NCBI GenBank assembly: GCA_001029755.1
Contig: CP011214.1
Coordinates: 429,767 to 493,766, forward strand
Source: Candidatus Woesebacteria bacterium GW2011_GWF1_31_35
GTDB taxonomy: Bacteria; Patescibacteriota; Microgenomatia; UBA8517
DNA length: 64,000 bases
Direction: 5' to 3'
Shown: positions 40,558-50,106 of the stretch, one piece after another
How positions within the stretch are numbered: position 1 is the stretch's first letter
Layout: each line of letters opens with the position of its first letter
Notes under the pieces: generated by a model
Told to the model about the DNA's origin: nothing
The model's input: only the letters and a program-made list of their open reading frames with translations
The model's database searches: none
Program-made: the position numbers and the translations under genes

Positions 40558-41529
40558 ATGTCATCTTTTGTACGTAATTATTTGAATAAATTTAGATTAT
40601 TCTATTCACATAAAATCAATAGGATTTTAATGGTTATCGCTGTTTTTTTTGCGGTTACATTTAGCTTAATCTATTATCTTTCACTGAAGTTTGTTGAGAA
40701 AACTCTTTACGAGCAAATGCTTCATAGAGAACAAATAGTTACTCGTGCGGGTTCAATAGCATTGAAGGAATTTTTTGAATTAATGGGAACACAAGTTTTT
40801 TCATTTTCCACTCGTAAATCAATTGTTAATGTAGATAAAGATACACAAAACTTACTTGATTCTTTTGTGGCAAGGTATAGTCAGTATCCAATCGGTGGAA
40901 TAGTTTTAACAGATAAAAATGGGAAAATTATCTATAATGCTAATATTGAAAATAGTCACAGTACAGATGTTGATTTAGGTGATAGAGATTATTTTCTTGA
41001 TTTAAAAAATAATATTGACAAGGAATTTGTAATAAGCCCTCCTTTAATTTCTAGATTTGGTGTAAGTAAGGGTAAATATGTATTAGTTATTGCATCACCC
41101 GTCATTAAAAATAGTAAATTTAATGGAGTTTTGTTAGTTAGTGTAATTGTTGATGAAATAGCAAAAGAATTTTTAGATCCATTAAAAATTACAGAAAATA
41201 CATTAATTAATTTAAATAATCAAAAAGGAGATATGCTTTATCCAACACGTGGAGTTTCAATCGACATAGATTATTTAAAAACTACAAACAAAAAAATAGG
41301 TGAGTGGAAAAATATCTCTAAAAATAGTTTATTAATTGCTACTTCTTCATTTAATTATTGGAACGGTAATCTTTGGTATCTTTCTGTTGCAACTCCTTCA
41401 AAAGATGCCCTTGATTTTATGGGGCCACTATTGAAAATAAATTTTGCATTTTTATTAATTGGAATATTTTCAATTTTAATCTTTTCTTCTTTCTTAATAA
41501 CTGTTATCAAATTAATTAGAAAAAAATGA
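40558..41529 (+). CDS. Stand-alone Cache-type extracytoplasmic sensor domain flanked by two TM helices (no output domain)
   Basis: 323 aa. TM1 (residues ~20-42), a ~240-aa periplasmic domain with Cache-like features, TM2, then a 10-aa tail. Confidence 0.45.
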   Translation: MSSFVRNYLNKFRLFYSHKINRILMVIAVFFAVTFSLIYYLSLKFVEKTLYEQMLHREQIVTRAGSIALKEFFELMGTQVFSFSTRKSIVNVDKDTQNLLDSFVARYSQYPIGGIVLTDKNGKIIYNANIENSHSTDVDLGDRDYFLDLKNNIDKEFVISPPLISRFGVSKGKYVLVIASPVIKNSKFNGVLLVSVIVDEIAKEFLDPLKITENTLINLNNQKGDMLYPTRGVSIDIDYLKTTNKKIGEWKNISKNSLLIATSSFNYWNGNLWYLSVATPSKDALDFMGPLLKINFAFLLIGIFSILIFSSFLITVIKLIRKK

Positions 41530-41762
41530 ATCAAAACTTGCCTATAAACGATAAACATCATCATTTGGAATCAATAGTAAAACTTGTTTTAAAAACAGTA
41601 GTTCCTATTTTTATTCTTATAGGTGGTATAGCTTTACTAACATTAAGAATTGCTGGTTGGAGTATTATATTTGGACTTCCAATGGTTGTAATTGGAGTAG
41701 TTTTTTTAATCTATACTTATGATGAGATTGTATCATCTAGTCTTGGTGATGATACTAACTAA
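41526..41762 (+). CDS. Small membrane protein (2 TM), hypothetical
   Basis: 78 aa, two hydrophobic helices. Overlaps the stop of the upstream gene. Confidence 0.35.
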   Translation: MNQNLPINDKHHHLESIVKLVLKTVVPIFILIGGIALLTLRIAGWSIIFGLPMVVIGVVFLIYTYDEIVSSSLGDDTN

Positions 41763-43482
41763 TCTGTAAATCCCAAAGTTTTTTATATATTCCCTTTCTT
41801 TTTAATAAATCATTGTGGTTTCCAATTTCAGTTAATTTTCCTTTATCTAAAACAACAATTCTATCTGCCTTTTGAATAGTTGAAAGCCTGTGAGCAATAA
41901 TAATTGTAGTTTTGCCTTTTGCTTCCTTCCAAAAAGCTTCTTGAATTAATTTTTCTGATTCACTATCCAAATGGCTAGTTGCTTCATCAAAAATAATAAT
42001 ATCGGGATTACTAACGATCATTCTGGCAATTGCTAATCTTTGTTTTTGTCCACCAGAAAGTTTGATTCCACGTTCTCCCACATTAGTTTCATATTTTAGA
42101 GGAAGTTTTTCTATAAATTCATCAATATTAGCTAGTTTTGCTGCCATTCTGGCTTTTTTATTTTCCTTTCTATGAGAAGATAAACCATAAGCAATGTTAT
42201 AAGAAATTGTGTTATTAAATAACACCGGTTCTTGAGGAACAACTCCAAAAAAACCTCTAAGGGTAGCTTTGGTAAAGTTTTTGATATTTATATTATCGAT
42301 TAAAATTTTACCTTTAATGGGGTCAAAGAAACGCATTAAAAGTTTAGTAATTGTTGTTTTTCCACTTCCGGATTTACCTACAAACGCAATAGACTCTCCT
42401 GGATTGATAGTTAAACTAAAGTCACAAATTGCATTTTTAGTTCCACCTAAGTATGAGTGAGATACATTTTTAAATTCAATTAATCCTTTTACATTTTTCT
42501 TAAAAGTAGGTTTAACAGGATCTTTTACTTTAATATCAAAATTCAGAAGTCCGAAGTATTTTTCAATATCAGCATAATTTTTGGCTAAATCTCTAAAGCT
42601 CCAGACAAGATCCCAAAGTTTTGGATAAAAGTTTGATAGAAATCCTGTGATTAAAACAAAATCACCAATTGTAAGTTTTAGGTTAACTGATTGATTGATG
42701 GTAAGTAGAAATATAAAGAAAATACTTATATTTATTATTGTTCCCATTGTGGCATCGATTAACCTAAAAGAATTTCCATATCCCCATAATGCTTTAAGCC
42801 AAGGAATAAATGTTTTTTTAAGTCTTTTTTCTTCCCAAACTTCTTTTGAAAAAAGTTTAACCGTTTCAAAATTAATTAAATTGTCAGTAATTATTCCACT
42901 AATGTCATCCTCTTCTTTATTAAATACTTTTCTTTTATTCATATTATTAGCAATTAGTAATTTAGTTACTGCAAGAATAATTATTATTGAAGCAGAAACC
43001 AAAACCACAATAATCCAATTAAGTTGAGCAAAGAAATAAAGCATTACAAGGAAACTAATTAAAACTGAAAGCATTCTATGATGGATATCATGGAAAAAAG
43101 AAAAGAATGCAGAATCACCCCTTTTAAAACTTGAAATTAAGCTTCCTGTTGATTTTTCTGTGTGGAATGCAAAATCCAAATCTTGTACCTTTTTAAAAAT
43201 TTTAACTCTAGCATCAATTGATGATTTAAATAAAATAACATCTCCAACCCAAAATGTAGCTATATCGGAAATGACTGCAAATATTCTGACCGTTATATAA
43301 ATTAGAAGTATTTTAAATAGGTTATTAAAATTCAAAGAGGGGATTTGATCAACAAAAAGTTTATAAAAATAAGGATTAATTGAAAATAAAATATTACTAA
43401 TTAACACCAAAAACATAAAGACTATAAAAATTGTCTTTTTTTCAAAAATAAAACCGTAAAACGTTCTTAATACTTTAAGCAT
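41755..43482 (-). CDS. ABC exporter, fused permease/ATPase (MsbA/type-I exporter-like)
   Basis: 575 aa. Six N-terminal TM helices. Walker A GKSGSGKTT, ABC signature LSGGQKQR, Walker B IIIFDEATSHLD, H-loop AHRL. Confidence 0.9.
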   Translation of the reverse strand: MLKVLRTFYGFIFEKKTIFIVFMFLVLISNILFSINPYFYKLFVDQIPSLNFNNLFKILLIYITVRIFAVISDIATFWVGDVILFKSSIDARVKIFKKVQDLDFAFHTEKSTGSLISSFKRGDSAFFSFFHDIHHRMLSVLISFLVMLYFFAQLNWIIVVLVSASIIIILAVTKLLIANNMNKRKVFNKEEDDISGIITDNLINFETVKLFSKEVWEEKRLKKTFIPWLKALWGYGNSFRLIDATMGTIINISIFFIFLLTINQSVNLKLTIGDFVLITGFLSNFYPKLWDLVWSFRDLAKNYADIEKYFGLLNFDIKVKDPVKPTFKKNVKGLIEFKNVSHSYLGGTKNAICDFSLTINPGESIAFVGKSGSGKTTITKLLMRFFDPIKGKILIDNINIKNFTKATLRGFFGVVPQEPVLFNNTISYNIAYGLSSHRKENKKARMAAKLANIDEFIEKLPLKYETNVGERGIKLSGGQKQRLAIARMIVSNPDIIIFDEATSHLDSESEKLIQEAFWKEAKGKTTIIIAHRLSTIQKADRIVVLDKGKLTEIGNHNDLLKRKGIYKKLWDLQIS

Positions 43483-43521
43483 AGAAGTTTTGATTATAAC
43501 ATATACTTATTACCCATAGTT

Positions 43522-43791
43522 ATGATACAATTTGACCTAGATAATTATATGACAGAAAAATTACCAGATTATTTACCTTTTAATGAGGAAACGTGGAAGA
43601 AAATAAAAAACAATTGGGATTTTTATCAAGATCAAATAGGGCTCGAAGGAGAAATTTTTATGGATTTACTGAAAGAAGAAAAAAGCCACTCTGAGATTGA
43701 AGAGGTGATTAGACTACATAGAATAGAAAGAAAGATAAATATGCAAGCCTTTAAAGCATTGAAAAAAGATTTAAATGGAAAAAGTATATAA
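43522..43791 (+). CDS. Hypothetical small protein
   Basis: 89 aa, hydrophilic. No recognisable domain. Confidence 0.35.
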   Translation: MIQFDLDNYMTEKLPDYLPFNEETWKKIKNNWDFYQDQIGLEGEIFMDLLKEEKSHSEIEEVIRLHRIERKINMQAFKALKKDLNGKSI

Positions 43792-44065
43792 TTTAATTAG
43801 TTATGTCAGAAGATAAAAAAGGAGATCATAATACTTGTACAAGTTCACCATTAGCAACTGAACTTGGATATGATCCAGAATATTTACCAGTAGCTGTTTT
43901 AGACAAATTACATAAGAAATTTACAGGTACTAAATATATCCGATGATCCATTAACGGCAAGATTACAAAGAGAAATAGCTTTAGCTAAAGATAAAAGATT
44001 AAGAAATACAAATACTTGACAAAAACTTCTTTTTATTCTACAATTGGTTAATTATATTACTAATT

Positions 44066-44683
44066 ATGGAACAATTACCTTATTTTAATAAAATTACCTT
44101 GGGAGAGGTCTTGGGAAAATCTGGTGAAAATTTAAATTATTGGATTAAAACCAGACTTAAAAACGGAGAAATTATTCAACTTAAAAAAGGTCTTTATGTT
44201 AGTAAATTATATCTTTTTAGCCAAGAAAGGAATATTGGAAATAAAGAACAATACTGTGAATTATTAGCAAATATAATAAGATATCCTTCTTATATATCTT
44301 TAGAATATGCGCTTTCAAAGTATGGTCTGATTCCTGAAGCAATTTTTGCATATACTTCAGTTGGTTTAAAATCTTCCAGAAGGTTTACAAACAAATTGGG
44401 TAATTTTTATTACAGAAATATCAAAAAAGCCTTGTTTTTTGGATTTAAAACAATTGATTTTGAAGGAAAAAGAATTAAATTTGCTACAAAAGCGAAAGCA
44501 CTTTTTGATTTCTTATATTTCAAAAAATTTATCAGTCTTAGTCATCTTAAAGCTGAATTGTTTGTAGATTTAAGAATTAATTGGGATGAATTTGAAAATG
44601 TAGATAAGCAGGAATTTAAAAGCATTGTTTTAAAAAGTGGTTCAAGCAAAATGAAATCAGTTCTAAAAATTTTAAAATGGTAA
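44066..44683 (+). CDS. AbiEi-like antitoxin/transcriptional regulator (type IV TA partner)
   Basis: 205 aa. Sits immediately upstream of an AbiEii nucleotidyltransferase with a 7-nt overlap. Winged-helix-like N-terminal region. Confidence 0.5.
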   Translation: MEQLPYFNKITLGEVLGKSGENLNYWIKTRLKNGEIIQLKKGLYVSKLYLFSQERNIGNKEQYCELLANIIRYPSYISLEYALSKYGLIPEAIFAYTSVGLKSSRRFTNKLGNFYYRNIKKALFFGFKTIDFEGKRIKFATKAKALFDFLYFKKFISLSHLKAELFVDLRINWDEFENVDKQEFKSIVLKSGSSKMKSVLKILKW

Positions 44684-45477
44684 TACAAAATCTAAAATCA
44701 GTTATGAGTAAAAATAAGGATGTTAATAATAGGGCCTACTTAAGAAATCTATTAAAAGAGGAGCTTCAGGTTTATGTATTAAATTTTATATACACTAGTC
44801 AATATAAGGACTTAATTTTTACAGGGGGAACATGCCTTCGTAAGTTTTATAATTTACCCCGTCTTTCTGAAGACTTGGATTTTAATATTAAAGATAAAAC
44901 TTTTGATTTTCTTAAGTTTCAATCAGACTTAAAAAATTATTTTATTAAAGATTTGCAGTATAAAGATGTAAATTTAAAGTTTAAAAACAAAACAATTATG
45001 ATTAAATTCCCTGTTTTACGAGAAATTGGTTTTTCTGGTTTAAGTGATACAGATATTTTATTTTTAAGGTTAGATTTTTCATTTGGCTACAAAAAAGAAT
45101 TTGGAGAAGAAAGAAAGTTATATTCTGAGGGTGACTTTTCATTTTTAGCTAATTGTTATGATTTCAAAACACTAATGATAAATAAAATTGATGCCTTTTT
45201 AAATCGAACTTATAAAAAAGGAAGTAATCAACAGGAATCTTTTAAAGGAAGAGATGCTTTTGACATAGTTTGGATGTTAGAAAGGGTCAAAAAACTAACT
45301 GATAATTCTGATTTTTTAACAAATGAATTAAAAAAGAAAATACTTATTAAAGCTAAAAAAATAAACCCAGATGATTTGTATTTTGATTTAAGCAATTTTT
45401 TTGCGGATTCACATTTTGTAAAGGATTTTTGCGATAATTTTTTGGATTTAGTAAAGACTGGTATTAAGAACATCTAA
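44677..45477 (+). CDS. AbiEii/AbiGii-family nucleotidyltransferase toxin (DUF1814)
   Basis: 266 aa. Family signature LIFTGGTCLRKFYNLPRLSEDLDFNIKD (GGTxL...R.SEDLDF). Confidence 0.75.
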   Translation: MVIQNLKSVMSKNKDVNNRAYLRNLLKEELQVYVLNFIYTSQYKDLIFTGGTCLRKFYNLPRLSEDLDFNIKDKTFDFLKFQSDLKNYFIKDLQYKDVNLKFKNKTIMIKFPVLREIGFSGLSDTDILFLRLDFSFGYKKEFGEERKLYSEGDFSFLANCYDFKTLMINKIDAFLNRTYKKGSNQQESFKGRDAFDIVWMLERVKKLTDNSDFLTNELKKKILIKAKKINPDDLYFDLSNFFADSHFVKDFCDNFLDLVKTGIKNI

Positions 45478-45509
45478 TTTGGTATAATACGCATAATCTT
45501 TTAACTTTC

Positions 45510-46388
45510 ATGAAGAATATATTAGTAACTATTGTTTTGGCCTTAATTTTATTTTTAACTCCCTTATCTGTCATGGCTAAAACCTCTATCCCGAGCCCAA
45601 CTTCTACACCTATTTTGGTAACTCCTAGCCCTGAGCCTGTTAGGGTTGATATTACGCAAAAGACAGAAAGTATTGTAGGACCTTTAGAAATGCTTATAGA
45701 AAAACAACAATTGGATAAGGTTTGGCCAACAAACCCTATTAAATATGCAATTAAATCTGCGGTTAATGGTGGAGTTCCAGCCAACACTATTGTACTTCTA
45801 CTTTTACTTCCAATTGTAGCAACATTAATTGCAGGAACCAGACAGATAATTGGAATTCGTGGTTTTGGTATTTTTTTACCAGCTGCATTATCTGTTACAT
45901 TTGTAGCAATTGGACCAGTTGTTGGAATTTTACTTTTTATTGCAATTGTAGCGATTTCTACAATAGTAAGGCTCTTAACTCGTAAATTAAAATTAAAGCT
46001 TCAATACTTACCTAGAATGGCACTTATATTATGGTTTGTATCATTTGGAGTTTTAGGAATTCTTTTTGCTTCTCCAATAATAAAATATGCGCCTCTTGCT
46101 AATGTTTCAATTTTTCCTGTTCTTGTTTTAACTTTATTGGTTGAAGATTTTACCAGAATTCAACTTGGAAAATCTGTTAAAACTGCAGTTGGATTAACTT
46201 CTCAAACTTTAATACTAGCTTTAATTTCCTATCTTTTCTTAACTTTTACTCCTTTCCAAAGGTTTGTATTATTAAACCCTGAAATAAGCCTAGGGGCTAC
46301 ATTTTTAATTGACATAATATTAGGAAAATACATTGGTTTAAGATTTTTAGAGTATAGAAGATTTAAAAAACTTATTAATTCAAAATAG
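45510..46388 (+). CDS. Signal-peptide-bearing 7TM membrane protein (7TM partner of ATP-grasp/retropepsin systems; no transglutaminase module)
   Basis: 292 aa. Signal peptide, Pro/Thr/Ser-rich linker, then about 7 TM helices. Located directly upstream of the ATP-grasp + retropepsin-like gene. Confidence 0.5.
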   Translation: MKNILVTIVLALILFLTPLSVMAKTSIPSPTSTPILVTPSPEPVRVDITQKTESIVGPLEMLIEKQQLDKVWPTNPIKYAIKSAVNGGVPANTIVLLLLLPIVATLIAGTRQIIGIRGFGIFLPAALSVTFVAIGPVVGILLFIAIVAISTIVRLLTRKLKLKLQYLPRMALILWFVSFGVLGILFASPIIKYAPLANVSIFPVLVLTLLVEDFTRIQLGKSVKTAVGLTSQTLILALISYLFLTFTPFQRFVLLNPEISLGATFLIDIILGKYIGLRFLEYRRFKKLINSK

Positions 46389-46413
46389 AAAGTTAAGCTA
46401 AAAAATAAAAATC

Positions 46414-47742
46414 ATGAAGATATCCTCAATATTAGGTCTAAATGCAAGAAGCTCACTTTTTACTGGTAAATATAATTCCAGAATGGCTAAAAGAATTGCT
46501 GATTCAAAAATTGCAACTGATAGAGTTTTAAGAATTGCACATGTTGCCCATCCCAAAATTTATGCAAAGTTTAAAACTCCAAGTGATTGTTTAGAATTTA
46601 AGTGGGAGGAGTTATCAGAAAGTTTTGCTTTGAAGCCATCAAGAGGTATGGGTGGAGAAGGAATTATTGTTGTAAAAAAGAGATTGGAAAATAAAGGGTC
46701 AAATGAAATAATTTGGTTAACAACTCAAAAGACAAAAGTAACAGTTGAAGATCTAAAACTTCATACACTAGATATTTTAGAAGGAGCGTATTCTATGGGT
46801 AATGTTCCTGATACTGCTTTTATTCAAGAATATGTTGGAAGGCATTCAAAATTTAGAAAATTAGCATATCGTGGAACACCAGATATTAGAATTATAGTTT
46901 TTAATAAAATTCCTGTTATGGCAATGTTAAGACTTCCCACAAAAGAATCAGGGGGAAGAGCAAATTTACACCAAGGAGCAATAGGAGTTGGTATTGATAT
47001 TGCAACAGGAATTACAACCAAAGCAATCTGGCATGGAAGTGAAATTTTAAATAAACCAGGAAGTAACAGAAAATTAAGAGGAATTAAAATTCCTTTTTGG
47101 AATACTATTTTAACAACAGCAGTAGAAGGACAAATTGCATCGGGTTTAGGCTATGCAGGAGTCGATATCGTACTTCATCCTGAAAAAGGTCCAATGATTA
47201 TTGAATTAAATGCTCAACCAGGGTTACAGATACAACTTGCTAACATGGAGGGCCTGAAAAAACGTTTGGAGAGAGTAGACGAGATGGAAGTAAGGGATGC
47301 AGAACATGGGGTAAAAATTGCAAAAGCTATTTTTGCTGGCACTTTCTCTGATAGGGTAAGAGCTGAAGAAGGTATAAAAACTATTAAAGCAGTTGAAGAA
47401 GTAAAAATTTTGGATGCAGAAGGTAAAAAACATTTGAGTTTAGCCAAAATTGATACCGGTGCATGGAGTTCCGCAATAGATTCTAAATTTGCAAAATCTT
47501 TAGGACTTTTGAAGAAAAATAAAGTTCTTTGGTATAGAAAGAAGTTAAGCTCTCTAGGTAAAGAAGAAAGACCTGTCATCCCGGTAATATTTTATTTATC
47601 TGGTAGAAAAATCTCAACTCATGTTACAGTTTCTGACAGAAATTTGTTAAGATACCAACTACTAATAGGAAGAACCGACATTCAAGGATTTTTAATTGAT
47701 CCTATTGTTGATAAAGAAAATTTAGTAAAAGCAAAATGGTAA
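46414..47742 (+). CDS. RimK-type ATP-grasp ligase fused to a retropepsin-like aspartic protease domain (alpha-L-glutamate-ligase-related protein)
   Basis: 442 aa. Residues ~40-300 have an ATP-grasp fold (…EYVGRHSKFRKLAYRG…GVDIVLHPEKGPMIIELNAQPG). C-terminal ~110 aa carry KIDTGAWSSAIDS (D-T-G-A catalytic motif) and a retropepsin-like fold. Confidence 0.75.
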   Translation: MKISSILGLNARSSLFTGKYNSRMAKRIADSKIATDRVLRIAHVAHPKIYAKFKTPSDCLEFKWEELSESFALKPSRGMGGEGIIVVKKRLENKGSNEIIWLTTQKTKVTVEDLKLHTLDILEGAYSMGNVPDTAFIQEYVGRHSKFRKLAYRGTPDIRIIVFNKIPVMAMLRLPTKESGGRANLHQGAIGVGIDIATGITTKAIWHGSEILNKPGSNRKLRGIKIPFWNTILTTAVEGQIASGLGYAGVDIVLHPEKGPMIIELNAQPGLQIQLANMEGLKKRLERVDEMEVRDAEHGVKIAKAIFAGTFSDRVRAEEGIKTIKAVEEVKILDAEGKKHLSLAKIDTGAWSSAIDSKFAKSLGLLKKNKVLWYRKKLSSLGKEERPVIPVIFYLSGRKISTHVTVSDRNLLRYQLLIGRTDIQGFLIDPIVDKENLVKAKW

Positions 47743-48560
47743 ACAGTAAAAAAATATTAATTTTAACTAGTGGAAAAGTAGAAAAGCTTAATGCTTTTAA
47801 ATCAAGAGATGTAGTATTGGCATCATTTAATGAAATTAATTTTTCTTCTGAAAATAAAGAATTATTCGTTGGAGTTAATAATTTAAAAGATTTTAAACTT
47901 ATATATTTTAGAATGGTTGGTAAAAGTTTAGAGACTGCATCATTAGTAGTCAATTTTTCTAAAGAAAATAAAATAAAAATTATTGATAGAATGTATGAAT
48001 CATCTAATTTACTTCCAATTTCCTTGGGTAAGACTTTGGAAATGACTAAACTATTAAAATCAAATATTCCAATTCCTAAAACAGTTTTTGGAGATTTTAG
48101 TAAACTAAATTTTCCATATGTAGTTAAAAGTACTACAGGCCAAAGGGGTAGAGAAGTTTGGCTTATAAATAATAATAAAGATTTGGTTAATTTAAAGAAA
48201 ACTTTTAAAGATAATAAATTTTATTTTGCACAAGAATTAATCTTAAATGCTAGACGTATAAGGGTATTGGTGGTTGGAAAAAAGGTTATTGGTGCAATAT
48301 CAAGACCTACTAAATGGAATAAAGCCCCCGAAAAGTTAACTATTAATCCTATTCCTGAAAATATTAAAAAATTAGCACTTGATGCAACTTGTGCGGTTAG
48401 TTTGGATATTTGTGGGGTAGACATATTAATTAATGATACTAAACCTAATAAGATGTGGGTAATTGAAGTAAACGCAGCCCCATCATGGAACCTCATTAAT
48501 AAGTTTTGTGGTATTTCAGTTGAAGATGAAATTATTAAATTTTTACAAAAACAGGTTTAA
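47736..48560 (+). CDS. RimK-type ATP-grasp ligase
   Basis: 274 aa. …PYVVKSTTGQRGREVWLINN…RVLVVGKKVIGAISR…GVDILINDTKPNKMWVIEVNAAPSW. Overlaps the upstream gene by 7 nt. Confidence 0.75.
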   Translation: MVNSKKILILTSGKVEKLNAFKSRDVVLASFNEINFSSENKELFVGVNNLKDFKLIYFRMVGKSLETASLVVNFSKENKIKIIDRMYESSNLLPISLGKTLEMTKLLKSNIPIPKTVFGDFSKLNFPYVVKSTTGQRGREVWLINNNKDLVNLKKTFKDNKFYFAQELILNARRIRVLVVGKKVIGAISRPTKWNKAPEKLTINPIPENIKKLALDATCAVSLDICGVDILINDTKPNKMWVIEVNAAPSWNLINKFCGISVEDEIIKFLQKQV

Positions 48561-49158
48561 AAAGTATGGTGTTGATCCAAAATCATTAGTTTGGAAGACT
48601 CGTGGTGCAGCTCACCAAAGATTTAGACAATTTTGGTCAGAGATAGATTTTACCAAGAAAAGTATATTAGATGTAGGTTGTGGGTTTGGAGAATTTGGTA
48701 ATTTCCTTGCTAAAAGATATAAAGACGTAAGATATAAAGGTGTCGATATTGTGCCAGAATTTATTGTTAATGGTAAAAAAATGTATCCACATCTAACTCT
48801 TATTACAGCAGATTATTTCAACCAACCTTTACCCGAAACATTCGATGTTATAATTTGTTCTGGTGCACTAAATTCTAATTTCGGAAGTAAAAATAAAAAT
48901 ATGAATTTTAGAAGATCAGCGATAAAAACAATGTTTAAACACACAACAAATGTCTTTGCCTTTAACATGTCGGGAAGTTTTCCACAACAAAAAAATAAAA
49001 ATATTAATATTTGGTATGCAGATAGTTTGGAAATTTTAAAATATTGTTTAAGTTTAACCAATAGAGTAATAATGCGCCACAATTATCATTCCAAAGACTT
49101 CACTGTTTTCATGTATAAACAAAGCTTGCCATTAATTGGAACGGTGAGTGATAAATAA
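48508..49158 (+). CDS. Class I SAM-dependent methyltransferase (true start probably at an internal Met near 48526)
   Basis: 216 aa. ILDVGCGFGEFGNF motif I. FDVIICSGAL. Confidence 0.55.
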   Translation: MVFQLKMKLLNFYKNRFKKYGVDPKSLVWKTRGAAHQRFRQFWSEIDFTKKSILDVGCGFGEFGNFLAKRYKDVRYKGVDIVPEFIVNGKKMYPHLTLITADYFNQPLPETFDVIICSGALNSNFGSKNKNMNFRRSAIKTMFKHTTNVFAFNMSGSFPQQKNKNINIWYADSLEILKYCLSLTNRVIMRHNYHSKDFTVFMYKQSLPLIGTVSDK

Positions 49159-49170
49159 AAATTTAAATTT

Positions 49171-50070
49171 ATGAAAAAAATATTAGTATTAGTTGACTCA
49201 ATTAGTCAAAATAAAAAGAAACTAACAAGATTTCTTAATGCGAATTCACTTAATGAATATAGAGCATATCTTCATACTTTTTCTGATTTATTTTTCGAAA
49301 TTAAAACAGGCAAAGTTAAAATCAAAGTAAAAACAACTGATTTATCAAATTTTGATTTAGTTTTTGTAAGACGGGCTGGTAAATATGTTCGGTTTATGGG
49401 AGCAATTACAAAGTATTTAGATAATAAAAAAATAAATTTTGTTGACCCAGCTTTCAGAGAAATTGGGATGTCCATGGATAAAGCCAGTAGTAGTGTTAGA
49501 CTTGCAATTAAAAAAATACCAATACCTGATACATATTTTTGTTTTAAGGCAAGTATTCTAAAAAATCGTGACAGAATAATTAAAGGTCTTGGATTTCCAA
49601 TTATTGCAAAGGCAGTTCTTTCCCAAAGAAATCAAAATATTTTTATTTTAAAAAATACCACTGATTTTAAAAAATTATTAAAAAGGTCAGATAAAGAGTT
49701 TATTTTTCAAAAGTTTATTGATATTGAATTTGAATATAGACTTCTAATTTTAGGGAAAAGCGTTCGTGTTTTGGAACAAAAATCTAAAAGAAATTATAAA
49801 AAAATTAAAGTTGAATATCAGGATATTAATGAACCATCAGTATTTTTAAATTTAGATACTGTTTGTGATACAACAAATAAAATTGCCTTAAAAGCTGCTA
49901 AAACATTAGAGCTTGATGTAGCTGGGGTTGATTTAGCCATAGAAAAGGGGACTGGTAAAAGATATTTAATTGAAGTTAATAAGGGTCCTGGAATTGTACC
50001 CGATACTAAAACTTCACCAGAATTAAAAGCCTTTTCAGACTATTTGATACAAAAAATCCGCTTAAATTAA
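49171..50070 (+). CDS. RimK-type ATP-grasp ligase
   Basis: 299 aa. …GFPIIAKAVLSQRNQNIFIL…YRLLILGKSV…GVDLAIEKGTGKRYLIEVNKGPG. Confidence 0.7.
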   Translation: MKKILVLVDSISQNKKKLTRFLNANSLNEYRAYLHTFSDLFFEIKTGKVKIKVKTTDLSNFDLVFVRRAGKYVRFMGAITKYLDNKKINFVDPAFREIGMSMDKASSSVRLAIKKIPIPDTYFCFKASILKNRDRIIKGLGFPIIAKAVLSQRNQNIFILKNTTDFKKLLKRSDKEFIFQKFIDIEFEYRLLILGKSVRVLEQKSKRNYKKIKVEYQDINEPSVFLNLDTVCDTTNKIALKAAKTLELDVAGVDLAIEKGTGKRYLIEVNKGPGIVPDTKTSPELKAFSDYLIQKIRLN

Positions 50071-50089
50071 AGCGGACTTTTTTGTTTTT
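50057..50089. terminator. Bidirectional Rho-independent terminator between the convergent 49171 gene and rplL
   Basis: 7-bp stem TCCGCTT/AAGCGGA with a 6-nt loop. T-runs on both strands (CTTTTTTGTTTTT on the plus strand, TTTTTTGTATC on the minus strand). Confidence 0.7.
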
Positions 50090-50106
50090 AAAATAATATT
50101 AATTAA

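Noticed and set aside
43803-44043. Two short ORFs (47 aa and ~24 aa) that would join with a +1 frameshift
   Set aside because: Could be a frameshifted small gene, but there is no recognisable homology and no slippery site. Insufficient evidence.
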